The notes: a model not told the origin generated them from the sequence alone. 64,000 bases of DNA from Calditrichia bacterium (GCA_963777955.1 CAVZSQ010000001.1:32001-96000), one strand, 5' to 3'; shown: positions 31,426-42,135, numbered from the stretch's first letter. Made by a program: numbers and translations.

Positions 31426-32079
31426 ATGGCAAAAATTCAAATCATATTGATTGAAGACAACCGACTGCTGCGGGAAGGCATCGCCGCCATGCTGAACAAT
31501 CATGGTGATTTTAAAGTCGTTGCGCGATCTGAAGATGGTGATGCGTTACGTCAGTTAAAGAGCCTGGGTCATCCCCCCGATATTGTCCTTTTGGATCTGG
31601 GTCTGGAAAAAGCAAACAGCTTGAGGCTGATGGCCCTGCTTCAGGAAGAATTACCCGCGGCAAAGATCATCGCGATGGATATCCTCCCCGAACACGTCGA
31701 CCTTGTCGAGTTTGTGAAAGCCGGCGGATCCGGATTCATTCTTAAAAACGCCCCGGTGAAAGATTGGATCGAAACGATCAAGACCGTTGCAACGGGAGCA
31801 AAAGTACTACCCCCGGTTTTGACCCAATCACTCTTCACACAGATTGTAGAGTTAGCCCTCAAGAACGGCAAAGAGATACCCGCCGACTCAATCCAGTTTA
31901 CGAATCGGGAACGTGAAGTCGTCGACCTGATTGCGCAAGGCCTGAGCAACAAAGAAATCGCTGAATCACTCCACATCGCCACCTATACCGTCAAGAGCCA
32001 TGTGCACAATATCCTGGAAAAGATGGCGCTCAGCACCCGTCTGCAGATAGCGGCCTTTGTCCGCAAGGAAAAATCCTGA
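31426..32079 (+). CDS. NarL/LuxR-family response regulator
   Basis: REC domain (IEDN, VLLD, ILK) plus LuxR HTH (FTNREREV..GLSNKEIA..TVKSHVHNILEK). Confidence 0.93.
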   Translation: MAKIQIILIEDNRLLREGIAAMLNNHGDFKVVARSEDGDALRQLKSLGHPPDIVLLDLGLEKANSLRLMALLQEELPAAKIIAMDILPEHVDLVEFVKAGGSGFILKNAPVKDWIETIKTVATGAKVLPPVLTQSLFTQIVELALKNGKEIPADSIQFTNREREVVDLIAQGLSNKEIAESLHIATYTVKSHVHNILEKMALSTRLQIAAFVRKEKS

Positions 32080-32197
32080 TGATCCGGGTCCCAATTTGAC
32101 GGCCTTTTCCAGGATGAACATTTGCTGTAAAGCGAATTTTTTATGGCAGAATTTATTACTCATGAGGGGATAAAAACTTAACAGAAAGTAGAATATC

Positions 32198-33950
32198 ATG
32201 AAGAAAAAAGAAGACCAATTCCGACATAAGGTCCTTCCCAAATCCCCCACAAGTATTCAGGGATTGGACGAAATCACGGGCGGGGGATTACCGAAAGGCA
32301 GACCGACGCTTGTATGCGGCGGTGCGGGTTGCGGAAAGACCCTCTTTGCCATGGAGTTTCTCGTTCGCGGAGCAACGCAGCTACAATGAACCGGGTGTCT
32401 TTATGTCGTTCGAGGAAACAGAGGAAGAACTCACGGCAAACGTTGCTTCGTTGGGATTCGATTTGGATAGACCTTATAGATCCGCAAAAAGATTTGGCTT
32501 GAGCACATTCACGTTGAACGGGGTGAAATCGAACAAAGCGGTGAATACGATTTGGAAGGTTTGTTTATCAGGATCCATCACGCAATTGAGAGCATCGGCG
32601 CCAAGCGTGTTGTGCTGGATACCCTGGAATCACTCTTTTCAGGAGCTGCCGAATCCTCTTATACTGCGCGCTGAACTGCGCCGGTTGTTGCACTGGCTGA
32701 AAAAGAAAGGCGTAACAACAATAATTACTGCAGAGCGGGGTGAAGGTTCCTTAACGCGTCAAGGCATGGAAGAGTATGTCTCCGATTGTGTCATTCTGCT
32801 CGATCATCGCGTGAACGATCAATCATCCATACGACGGCTGCGTATTGTCAAATATCGCGGTTCAACGCACGGTACGAACGAGTATCCTTTCCTTATTGAT
32901 GAAGATGGTTTTTCTGTTCTGCCTGTCACTTCCCTGGGACTGAATTACTTTTCATCCAAAGAGAGAATTTCCACCGGTATTCCGCGTCTTGACACGATGC
33001 TCTCCGGCAAAGGTTACTTTCGCTGCAGTACAGTGCTTGTTTCAGGCACCGCCGGTACGGGCAAAACGAGCATTGCCGCGCAATTTGTTGAAGCGGCATG
33101 CAAGAGAGGAGAACGCGTTCTCTTTTTTACCTTCGAAGAATCCCCCAGTCAGCTTGTGCGCAATATGCGTTCAATCGGAATAAATTTGGAACCATGGGTG
33201 AAAAAAGGGTTGCTTCAGTTTCATGCAACACGTCCCACACTCTATGGCCTGGAAACTCACCTGACGACGATCATCAAATTGATCAATAAATTTGAACCCG
33301 ACATCGTTGTCCTCGACCCGATTAATGCATTCGTGATAGGAGATAACCAAACTGAGGTCAAAACAATGTTACTGCGCCTGGTAGATTTTTTGAAGATGAA
33401 ACGGATCACTGCATTCTTCACCAGTCTCACTTCCTCCGGTGAATAATATTGAGATATACCGATGTTTACATCTCATCCTTGATAGATACATGGCTGCTTC
33501 TGCGTGATATTGAAATTGGAGGTGAACGTAACAGGGGATTGTATGTGCTTAAATCGCGCGGTATGGCGCACTCCAATCAGATTCGCGAGTTCAAGCTGAC
33601 AAACCACGGCATCGAACTGCTCGATGTCTATGTGGGTCCGGAAGGCGTATTGACCGGTTCGGCGCGATTATCACAGGAGGCGAAAGACGATAGAGAACAA
33701 TTATTGCGTCAACAGGAAATCAGACGCAAACAATTTGGATTGGAACGCAAGCGTAAAGCAATGGAAGCTCAGATTGAATTGTTGCGATCCGAATTTGAAG
33801 CTGAAGAATCAGAAGCGCTCAAGAGTATTGAGAATGACAAAGCGAGAAATGAACGTTTCATCCAGGACACAGAAAAAAATGGCTAAGAGTCGAAAAGCGG
33901 ATGCACCCTTAATAAAAACAAGAACAACCAAGAAGAAAATAAAGATTTAA
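32198..33950 (+). CDS. kaiC: Circadian clock ATPase KaiC (KaiC2-like, C-terminal coiled coil); several frameshifts
   Basis: Two RecA-like domains ([16 protein letters not shown]), FEE motifs, [24 protein letters not shown] phosphosite, [14 protein letters not shown]. Confidence 0.92.
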
Positions 33951-34330
33951 TGGAGCATTCTGTGAAAACCAAACAAGTAAAATCGAAAACCAGCCGGCGA
34001 AAGGAAAGGCCGGCCAAAACAAAAAAAGACAAATGGATCTTACGTTTGTATGTTGCCGGGCAGACTCCCAGAGCCATCACCGCTTTCAACAATCTCAAAT
34101 CAATTTGTGAAGAGCAATTAAAGGGCAATTACAGGATTGAAGTAATAGACCTTTTGAAAAATCCACAGCTAGGCCGCGAACATCAAATACTCGCCATTCC
34201 GACATTGGTGCGGAAATTACCCGTTCCGGTGAGGAGGATCATTGGCGATCTTTCAAATACCGAGCGTGTACTGGTCGGACTAGATCTCAAAGAACAGAGC
34301 GAGCTTAAGAATAAGCAAAAATCCGGATGA
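33950..34330 (+). CDS. kaiB: Circadian clock protein KaiB
   Basis: [43 protein letters not shown]. Confidence 0.96.
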   Translation: MEHSVKTKQVKSKTSRRKERPAKTKKDKWILRLYVAGQTPRAITAFNNLKSICEEQLKGNYRIEVIDLLKNPQLGREHQILAIPTLVRKLPVPVRRIIGDLSNTERVLVGLDLKEQSELKNKQKSG

Positions 34331-34462
34331 TCGTATTTACAACCGGATAATCATTCCCTCCTTAATAAAGCCTGCACTGAACATCTCCTGCTCCGTATCT
34401 CCGTTATAACGGACTTACAGTTCAATTCCTTTAATTATTCCAGACAGATTTTTCTGCATTTG

Positions 34463-34549
34463 GAATTAGTTCTTTATAGTCCGAAAGAACTACTTCCTTT
34501 TTCATTCTTTCGGGCGATTTATTTCATGGTTGAATTTGATATAATTAAT
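34463..34549 (+). promoter_or_regulatory. Duplicated promoter cassette, copy 1
   Basis: 87 nt with 80/87 identity to 38030-38116; imperfect palindrome TAGTCC-GAAA-GAACTA and extended -10 TGaTATAAT. Confidence 0.7.
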
Positions 34550-34623
34550 AGCATGAATTTATACAGAGAAACAGATGGTATTGTACCAGGCATTCAAAAT
34601 ATATATTTGCGGAGGACTCATCC

Positions 34624-34836
34624 ATGATGACCAATAATATTTTAGAGAGTAAAATCGATATCAATGCTTTGTCTGATGAGACCGGAAGAAGATATTTTAA
34701 CATTAAAGTAATATTTTCTGAGAATGATGCACTCACGGTTTATCAGAACAGTATAGATGAATTATTAGAGGATTTACCGCAGGTCCTGGTTTCAGCTATC
34801 CGGGCCCGAATTGTTCACGATAAAAAATTATGTTAA
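34624..34836 (+). CDS. Small hypothetical protein
   Basis: 70-aa ORF with GGAGGA RBS, downstream of the promoter cassette. Confidence 0.6.
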   Translation: MMTNNILESKIDINALSDETGRRYFNIKVIFSENDALTVYQNSIDELLEDLPQVLVSAIRARIVHDKKLC

Positions 34837-34852
34837 TCGGGAAGAAAAACTA

Positions 34853-35239
34853 ATGAATGTTATAATTTGTGATAGTAATGCCGCGCGAACCAAGGTACTG
34901 AACGACGTGTTAAAGGTATACCGGTTAAATTTAATCACGATCAATAAAAATGCCAATTTATTCCAACAGATTGAGAATCATAAACCCGCCATTATTATCC
35001 TTAATGAAAAATTTGCACCGGACTCGGGAAAAGAGATGATCACCCGGTTACGTTCTAATCCCCTGAGCAAGGTAATTCCCATTATCTTTATATCCGAATC
35101 GGAACAAATGACTGACAGCCCCTGTCCCAGGTCGTCCGATTCACTGCTAGAAATTATGCAGGAACCAATTAGAATTAAATTCCTGCGCCATTGTATCGAT
35201 CGTTGGACTACTTTTAGAAGTCTGCATATCCAACAATAA
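34853..35239 (+). CDS. Stand-alone atypical (pseudo-)receiver domain protein
   Basis: CheY-fold pattern VIICDS..KPAIIILN..G..LRSNPLSKVIPIIFIS; acceptor Asp replaced by Asn and KP replaced by EP. Confidence 0.75.
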   Translation: MNVIICDSNAARTKVLNDVLKVYRLNLITINKNANLFQQIENHKPAIIILNEKFAPDSGKEMITRLRSNPLSKVIPIIFISESEQMTDSPCPRSSDSLLEIMQEPIRIKFLRHCIDRWTTFRSLHIQQ

Positions 35240-35326
35240 ACAATAAAAGAAAACCAGAGCAGGAGGATAGAAAAATTATAAAATAGAATATAAACATCCC
35301 ACCACATGCCTCATCATACTGCTCCT

Positions 35327-35423
35327 GAAGGACTCTTTACTTCAGTGACGTTCATCAAGTCTGTTCAGGGATATCCCCAAATCTTTTAGTCCCTGATCAA
35401 GTATAAAGCGTAAAGAGTCCTTT
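35327..35423. repeat. ~97-bp inverted-repeat element (MITE-like or structured RNA)
   Basis: AAGGACTCTTTAC / GTAAAGAGTCCTT 13-bp arms, inner TCAGGGA/TCCCTGA stem, CCT on both flanks. Confidence 0.5.
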
Positions 35424-35470
35424 CCTATATAAAAAAAGGAATTGCACTGCGATCGTGACAAAGAAAGGAG

Positions 35471-36859
35471 GTGCCAGAACATATGCAGAATAAGTACTCA
35501 CCAACCGACCAACGAAGGTTGTCTCCGCCGAAGCTATTATCGTATGCGGGCTGTGCCGCAGGAACAATCGGTCTGGTCTGCCTGCTGGTTCTCCTGCTTT
35601 TCCCCGATCCGTTTGTGAACAGGTTTATCAAGCCCAGGATTAGCAGGGCTTTTACTGAGGCGTATCCCGCGTACTCGATACACATTGCCGACATGAATTA
35701 CAGTTTCTTAAAAAACCGCTTTGGATTCGACTCCGTTGTGCTGAGTGCAGTCGACGGTAAATTCTCAGCCAATATCGGTCCGTTCTCTCTGAGCGGAATC
35801 AGCTGGCTGCATCTTCTTTGGGGAGGGAGTATTAGGCCTGATAACTTTGCCGGTGCAGTTGTCGATGCACAAGATATCGTGCTGAACTTCCTGCAGTCAC
35901 AGTATGAAATTCGTTGCGGACTGCTGCGTGTATCGGTGCCGGACTCAGAGATAGTAGTTGATACCCTGAATCTTCATCCTGTGGGTGATGATGAGCAATC
36001 TTTTGCAGGAAGCAAATTCCGAAAAACCCGGTTTCGCCTGGTCGTTCCGCATGCCAGCGCAGGGGGATTTGCCTGTCTCAATCTGCTGCAAGGGAAGATG
36101 TACCATACCCGCATCGTCCAAATCCATGATGCGTTCCTCGACGTGCTGGTCAACAAAGACAAGCCCAGCAGCGAAGAAGCATCAATTACCCTTATGCCGA
36201 ACGAGATTCTTTTTGCGCTAAAGGAAATCCTGCAGATCGATAGCCTGAGTATCATGAACGGACGGCTGAATTACGGTGAACGGTTTGCTGTCGGGTCGAA
36301 CCCGGCCTTGATAACGCTTGATAGCATGCAGGTGCTGGCAGAAGGAATTGCCAAACCCGACGGCAGTGGTGCCGCTTCAGTCATTCACGCACAGGGGAAT
36401 TTCATGAAGGCCGGGATGATGAATGTTCTTATGTCATTTCCCAGCGCATCGCCGGAGTTCTCGTTCCAATACTCTGGTTCGGTGAGCAGAATGGATCTGA
36501 GCGCACTCAATTCATTCCTTGAGACAGCTGAACAGATACGTATTACGACGGGTGTGCTTAAGGAAGCAACATTCGATATCAATGTTGTTTCGGGTTATGC
36601 CAGCGGTAATGTGCGGGCGGTGTACGAAGACTTAAACTTTGCGGTGATTAACAAATATACAGGAAGCGACAAGGGCTTTTCCGACGGCATCACTTCGTTC
36701 ATGGCCAACACCTTCAAGATCCGCGGGAGCAACGTGCCGGATAAATCGGGTTCGCTAAAGATCGGTAAGGTGGACTATGCCCGCAAGCGGGATGATCCAT
36801 TCTTCGGATTTGCCTGGTTCGCCCTGCGCAGCGGAGTGGGGGATGTTGTCGGGTTTTAA
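35471..36859 (+). CDS. Membrane-anchored AsmA/DUF748-like beta-rich protein
   Basis: Single N-terminal TM helix, beta-rich body, C-terminal YARKRDDPFFGFAWFAL. Confidence 0.55.
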   Translation: MPEHMQNKYSPTDQRRLSPPKLLSYAGCAAGTIGLVCLLVLLLFPDPFVNRFIKPRISRAFTEAYPAYSIHIADMNYSFLKNRFGFDSVVLSAVDGKFSANIGPFSLSGISWLHLLWGGSIRPDNFAGAVVDAQDIVLNFLQSQYEIRCGLLRVSVPDSEIVVDTLNLHPVGDDEQSFAGSKFRKTRFRLVVPHASAGGFACLNLLQGKMYHTRIVQIHDAFLDVLVNKDKPSSEEASITLMPNEILFALKEILQIDSLSIMNGRLNYGERFAVGSNPALITLDSMQVLAEGIAKPDGSGAASVIHAQGNFMKAGMMNVLMSFPSASPEFSFQYSGSVSRMDLSALNSFLETAEQIRITTGVLKEATFDINVVSGYASGNVRAVYEDLNFAVINKYTGSDKGFSDGITSFMANTFKIRGSNVPDKSGSLKIGKVDYARKRDDPFFGFAWFALRSGVGDVVGF

Positions 36860-36880
36860 GTAAAGAAGAAACGGTTATTT

Positions 36881-37948
36881 ATGACTGAACAGAGTAATGC
36901 TCATCGCGGAACGCGCCTGCTCTTTATTGCGGCAGCGCTCGTGATCATTATCTATGGCATCAATCAGGCACAGTCGGTTGTTGCATTGTTCCTTTTTTCT
37001 GTTTTCCTCGCTCTTATCGGAACGCCGCCGGTACTCTGGTTGGAACGGAAAGGTGTTCCTTCTTTTGTAGCAGTGCTGTTCGTAATGGCGGGTATGATTA
37101 CTCTTCTGCTGGTTATCGGTGGAGTCGTCGGCGCGTCCTTCAGTACCTTTTCCGATGCGTTGCCTTTCTATCAGAAACGCCTGCAAGAACAACTCCTGGA
37201 GCTCAAGCCCCTGTTGGCAGGCAAGAATATCGTATTCACGGATAAGATCTTGCTTGAATACCTCAATCCGGGGCCGGTGATGGGTCTGGTTGTCAGCTTG
37301 CTCGCAGGGATGGGTTCAGCGCTTTCCAATATCGTCCTGATCCTGCTGACGGTAACCTTCATACTACTTGAAGCCTCCAGCTTCCCCATCAAACTACGCG
37401 CTGTACTCGGCAATCCCCAGCAGGCCTTTCCCCAGTTCACGACGTTTGTCAATGATATCAAGCGTTATATGGTCATCAAGACGATCATCAATCTGATCGC
37501 GGGGGTCATGATCGGGCTATGGTTGTTCATCCTCGGCGTGGATTTTCCTGTTCTGTGGGGTTTCGTGGCCTTTCTGCTGTACTACGTGCCCAATCTTGGC
37601 TCCATCATCTGCCCTATTCCTGCGATCCTCCTGGCACTCATTGAATTCGGGATGGGCTCTGCCGCGCTTACCGCTACCGGTTATCTGGTTGTTGGCTTTA
37701 TACACGGATACGTGGTTGAGCCGCGGCTGATGGGCCGCAAACTTGGACTGTCCACCCTGGTCGTCTTTCTCTCGCTGATTTTTTGGGGAAGCCTGCTCGG
37801 TTTGATCGGCGTGGTACTATGCATACCCTTTACCATGACCCTGAAGTTTGCCTTTGAGAGCAGTGACAACACGCGCTGGATTGCGATCTTGCTCGGTTCG
37901 GAAAAGTCACCTGATAATATTCCACCAGCATCAAAAAAGGGGAAATAA
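36881..37948 (+). CDS. AI-2E family transporter
   Basis: LWGFVAFLLYYVPNLGS, EPRLMGRKLGLS, SLIFWGSLLG motifs. Confidence 0.92.
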   Translation: MTEQSNAHRGTRLLFIAAALVIIIYGINQAQSVVALFLFSVFLALIGTPPVLWLERKGVPSFVAVLFVMAGMITLLLVIGGVVGASFSTFSDALPFYQKRLQEQLLELKPLLAGKNIVFTDKILLEYLNPGPVMGLVVSLLAGMGSALSNIVLILLTVTFILLEASSFPIKLRAVLGNPQQAFPQFTTFVNDIKRYMVIKTIINLIAGVMIGLWLFILGVDFPVLWGFVAFLLYYVPNLGSIICPIPAILLALIEFGMGSAALTATGYLVVGFIHGYVVEPRLMGRKLGLSTLVVFLSLIFWGSLLGLIGVVLCIPFTMTLKFAFESSDNTRWIAILLGSEKSPDNIPPASKKGK

Positions 37949-38029
37949 TGACTGCACGGTTTGTAAAGGTATATCGGGTGCCGGCCACCAAATATAATCC
38001 CGATAAGACGAATGGAGAAAAACCACATA

Positions 38030-38116
38030 GAATTAATTTTTTATAGTCCGAAAGAACTACTTCCTTTTTCATTCTTTTGGCCGATTGATTTCGTGGTCGA
38101 ATTTGATATAATTAAT
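38030..38116 (+). promoter_or_regulatory. Duplicated promoter cassette, copy 2
   Basis: Near-identical to 34463-34549. Confidence 0.7.
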
Positions 38117-38131
38117 CTCACAAAGTCATAC

Positions 38132-38904
38132 ATGGAAACAGATAGTGTTGTGATAAACACTCAAAATTTAAAGTCTGGAAAAATAAAAGGTCAAACGATG
38201 CAGCCGAGCATTCATTATTATGTCCTGTCATTAAGCGAACAAACGACCAGGCTTTACGAAGGATTTCGGGACAAACTCATTGATATTCAAAACTCGAATT
38301 TTCCGTTTGAATTTTCTATTGATGCCGGTAATCCGGCCTCTAAAGACACCCAAGTGAAAGAATTTTTCCACCAGACGGAACAGCATTTTGCCCATTATTA
38401 CGAGCAAGATCCGCTTCGATTGGTGGTGGTCGGCGAGAAGAGAAACCTGGCCATTTTTAAAACCTTGACAGACTTATCAGGATGTAATTATCGGAACGGT
38501 TGAAGGCGACTATCTCATGACTTCTCCACACGATTTGGGCAAGATTGTCTGGCCTGTCGTCAAGGAGACCATAGCGGGTGCAAATAAAAACGCCATGCGT
38601 GATCTGGCAACAGCAGCCAAAGGAGAAGAAAGTCGTCTCCGGAATTGAGGCTGTGGGGCAGTTCGTGGAAACAGGGACAGATGATTCCACTTTGTACGTC
38701 GAAGAAGATTATCATGTGAAGGGTAGCATTCGCAAAACGGATCATTCGCTGATACTCTCAAAGCATGTGGATATCTGGGAAGTGATCGATGACGTGGTGG
38801 ATATCATCATCGAAAAGGTACTGAAAATGGGCGGAAATGTGATTTTTCTGAATAGCGGTTCGTTGATAAAACTTGAGAGAATCGCTTTGATTCTGCGTGG
38901 CTGA
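38132..38904 (+). CDS. baeRF3-like (archaeo-eukaryotic release factor / hibernation factor family) protein, short and frameshifted
   Basis: YYVLSLSEQTTRLYEG, FFHQTEQHF..DPLRLVVVG, LYVEEDY, DDVVDIIIEKVLKMGGNV..IALILR. Confidence 0.7.
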
Positions 38905-39026
38905 TTGTCAAACAAAGTCCGTTTTATATTGGTTTTTCATTAGGCAAAGGAAAAAATCTGGATCATGATGTAAACGTGGTCCATCGGGTATTAAACATAC
39001 ACTTTTAAATTTAAGGAGAACGAACT

Positions 39027-39278
39027 ATGAGTACGGAACATTTACTGATATTTCTGGGAATTGGGATTCTGGCAGGATTTGTAGCCGGACATATCTGGAA
39101 GGGCAGCGGATTTGGCCTGGTGGGAGATTTGATCGTCGGAGTGATAGGTGCCTTCATCGGAGTCTGGGTGTTCGGTCTACTTCACATCTCGAGCGCAGGC
39201 ATTATTGGTTTACTAATTGCGGCGGTTGTCGGCGCGCTAATCCTGTTGTACATAATCCGGCTGGTCAAGCGTAGTTGA
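39027..39278 (+). CDS. GlsB/YeaQ/YmgE (transglycosylase-associated) stress membrane protein
   Basis: GILAGFVAG..GFGLVGDLIVGVIGAFIG..AVVGALILL. Confidence 0.9.
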   Translation: MSTEHLLIFLGIGILAGFVAGHIWKGSGFGLVGDLIVGVIGAFIGVWVFGLLHISSAGIIGLLIAAVVGALILLYIIRLVKRS

Positions 39279-39423
39279 TTCACGGGCTGTTTGGGCCGGC
39301 AATTCAAACAAAACATAACTAGAGTGATGTCAAGAGGGAGCCTTCGGTTAATTGATCAGGCCACCGAAGGCCCGTCCCTCACTCTAATCGATATTTCATT
39401 CATAATTTGAAAAGAGGTTTACT

Positions 39424-40101
39424 ATGAAAGCAAAAATGAATATTGTCATCACAGTGGCACTCTGTGTTTCGATTGCCCTCCTGATGGGGTGTGGAGCCAG
39501 CAACGCGCTGAAAGGTGGTGCGATTGGCGCAGGAGCCGGAGGAGTTGCTGGTGGCGTTATCGGAAATCAATTCGGGAACACTGCCCTTGGCGCCATCATC
39601 GGGGCGGCAGTCGGCGGAACGGCCGGGGTTACTCATCGGTCGTGCACATGGACAAGCAAGCCGAAGAGATGAGACAGGATATGCAGGGAGCAAAAATTGA
39701 ACGAGTCGGCGAAGGAATCAAGATCACCTTTGATTCGGGTCTTCTTTTCGAAATAGATAAATCTGATTGCGAGCCTGCAGGCGAAAACGAACATCGAGAG
39801 TCTCGCCAAGATTTTGAACAAATATCCCGACACGAACATCCTCATTGAAGGAGATACCGACAACACCGGCAGTGAAGACTACAACCAAAAGTTGTCCGAA
39901 CGTCGTGCTCAAGCTGTTGCCAACTATCAAATGGGTCTTGGTGTTGCCGGCTCAAGGATTTCCACTGTTGGACTCGGCGAGTTGAATCCGATCGCTTCAA
40001 ACGATACGGACTATGGTCGTCAGCAAAACCGACGCGTGGAAGTCGCCATTTTCGCGAACGACAAATTGAAGAAAGCCGCCGAGAACGGCAACCTTAACTA
40101 A
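39424..40101 (+). CDS. OmpA-family lipoprotein with glycine zipper (YiaD-like), frameshifted
   Basis: LMGC lipobox, GAIGAGAGG zipper, ITFDSGLLF, TDNTGS..LSERRA..NRRVEV. Confidence 0.9.
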
Positions 40102-40202
40102 ATCGGGCTCGAGCTAAATTCGTTAAGCTGATTGTCAAGCAAAGCGTACTGATGGAATGAATAATACATATTTATTAATCAATAACAAGAAAGGAGGCCA
40201 AA

Positions 40203-40396
40203 ATGCCTTTAATTCAATGTGGTAATAGTTCTGATCGTGGTCGGTGTTCTCTTATGGCTGGTCAATCAGTATATACCGATGGATCAGTAAGATTAAATCG
40301 ATCTTGAATGCTGTCGTGGTCATTGCGGTGGTTTTGTGGCTGTTGAATGCTTTTGGAGTGTTCGGTTCTATATCCAACATCCACATTGGCCCGTGA
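40203..40396 (+). CDS. Thivi_2564-family small membrane protein (frameshifted)
   Basis: MPLIQ.VIVLIVVGVLLWLVNQYIPM...ILNAVVVIAVVLWLLNAFG; AAGGAGG RBS. Confidence 0.75.
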
Positions 40397-40487
40397 CAGA
40401 TCAATTAAATGACACCACACCGGACAATTCGTTGTTACGGTGTAGGTAACCAATCAATTTCATTTCAATTTTATGGAGGAAACAACC

Positions 40488-40922
40488 ATGAAAGCAAGAA
40501 CAGTTCTCGGATTCATAGTCATGATGTTTGTTCTGGTTCAAGCGGGAAATGCGGGAGGGAAAGACGATATTCAAAAGTACTTCAACGACACCGCATGCAA
40601 AGTGAAGGCAACGACCGACCCGGTGCAAAAGCGTGAAATACTCAACAAATCATTACAAACCATGTCCACAGCGTTGGATAGAGTCGAAAGCTCAGGACTG
40701 ATTTCACAAGACGATCGCGCCGGCATTGATCGCTTCAAAGCAGCTCTTCAAGAGAAACAAGACGAGCTCACGGGCAGTAATGGCTATGAGCGCGTGGCCG
40801 ATGCGCAACTCAATGCCTTCTCTGATTACGTTGTGCAGGATATGGAGCAGGCCGATCAGACGATAACCATCAGCCTTGTCACGGCGCTCTTGATCATCAT
40901 CATTTTGATACTCATCCTGTAG
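40488..40922 (+). CDS. Exported helical hypothetical protein with hydrophobic C-terminal tail
   Basis: Signal peptide, GGAGGA RBS, C-terminal TALLIIIILILIL. Confidence 0.7.
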   Translation: MKARTVLGFIVMMFVLVQAGNAGGKDDIQKYFNDTACKVKATTDPVQKREILNKSLQTMSTALDRVESSGLISQDDRAGIDRFKAALQEKQDELTGSNGYERVADAQLNAFSDYVVQDMEQADQTITISLVTALLIIIILILIL

Positions 40923-40960
40923 TCGTATCGTCACCGGGCGAACATTCACAGGCTTTCGGC

Positions 40961-42083
40961 ATGCAAAGTTCGCACAACCGATCTTTCACGAGTGCCACGC
41001 AACCATACTCGATGCTCTTCGGGTGCATCGGCTGCGTGGTGCTCGTGTTATTTCTGTTTTCGTGCAGCTCCATTCCTCTTACTCAGCGGGAAACTCCGCC
41101 GGGGGAGGAGAGTGCGCTCCCACCACGCTACTCAATGGTATTCATCATCCACGGCGACGGTGACTACCTCTATCACGACCCCAGCGGCAATGCGCACAGA
41201 GCAGACGAGGAGGCTCTCGTTGGAGCAACAAGGGTGGCGGAGCGAAATCCGCAAGCCGAGGTGTTCATCTTTCACGAAAGACCCAGAAGGCACACCTTGC
41301 TCTTCTTTCCTCTCCGTGATGGAAAATTCTATTACTACCGGCACGGACGGCTGCTCGCCAAAGAATCGTACTGGCGCGATCAGGGACCATCGCACTTCGA
41401 TCCTGAAGTGGAACTCTATCACCGATTCCACGCGGAAGAGCAACCTCAGCCGGTGAGATTGTTCCTCTACTTCGGTCACGAAATCCCTGAATTCGGCGGT
41501 GCGGGCTACGATGCATCGTACTCGCATCGGACGTTCACTGTACATGATCTTGCCGACGGATTGAAACGCATCACACGTGATTCCACAAAGTTCGATCTCA
41601 TCGTGCTCTCCACGTGTTTCAACGGCACACCACACACCATTGCCGCTCTTGCTCCATATGCGCGAACCATCGTCGCTTCTCCCGACAATCTTCACCTCTC
41701 TTACTTCGATCTCCATCCATTTGAGCGGTTGGATGTCGGTTTGCGAGATGGAGATATGGCTGCGTTTGCGAAAAAGTTCGCACAGCCAGGCCTTCGACCG
41801 GCTGACAGAAGATATCCAGACAGCGGTCACTGTTGCTGTGTACGATGTGGATCGCGTGCAGGGATATTTGCACTCCGTCGACAGTGTCTACGATCATGCC
41901 TTGACCACATTGAAGGGGCAGAAACCGGGATCCTTTGAGCACTGCGATTGCGCCGAAGACTCTGCCTACGTGCTGCCGGGAATGAGCGAGGGGGTAGATG
42001 TCTTCTACCGCCCGCCGCGCTTCGGACGCTTAAAGCACAAACAGAACCATTCCGGATGGGAATGCTGGAGGCTTCTGAAGTAA
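40961..42083 (+). CDS. Lipoprotein with clostripain-like (peptidase C11 / clan CD) domain, frameshifted
   Basis: FSC lipobox; LYFGH and FDLIVLSTC His/Cys dyad pattern; IVASP. Confidence 0.55.
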
Positions 42084-42135
42084 TCCTTAGTCCATGAGGC
42101 TTGCCACCCAATGCACTTCATCTTAGAGAGACTGT

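Noticed and set aside
38012..38131. N-terminal extension of the baeRF3-like ORF (MEKNHIELIF...)
   Set aside because: It overlaps the duplicated promoter cassette, whose other copy is intergenic; a later ATG is more plausible.
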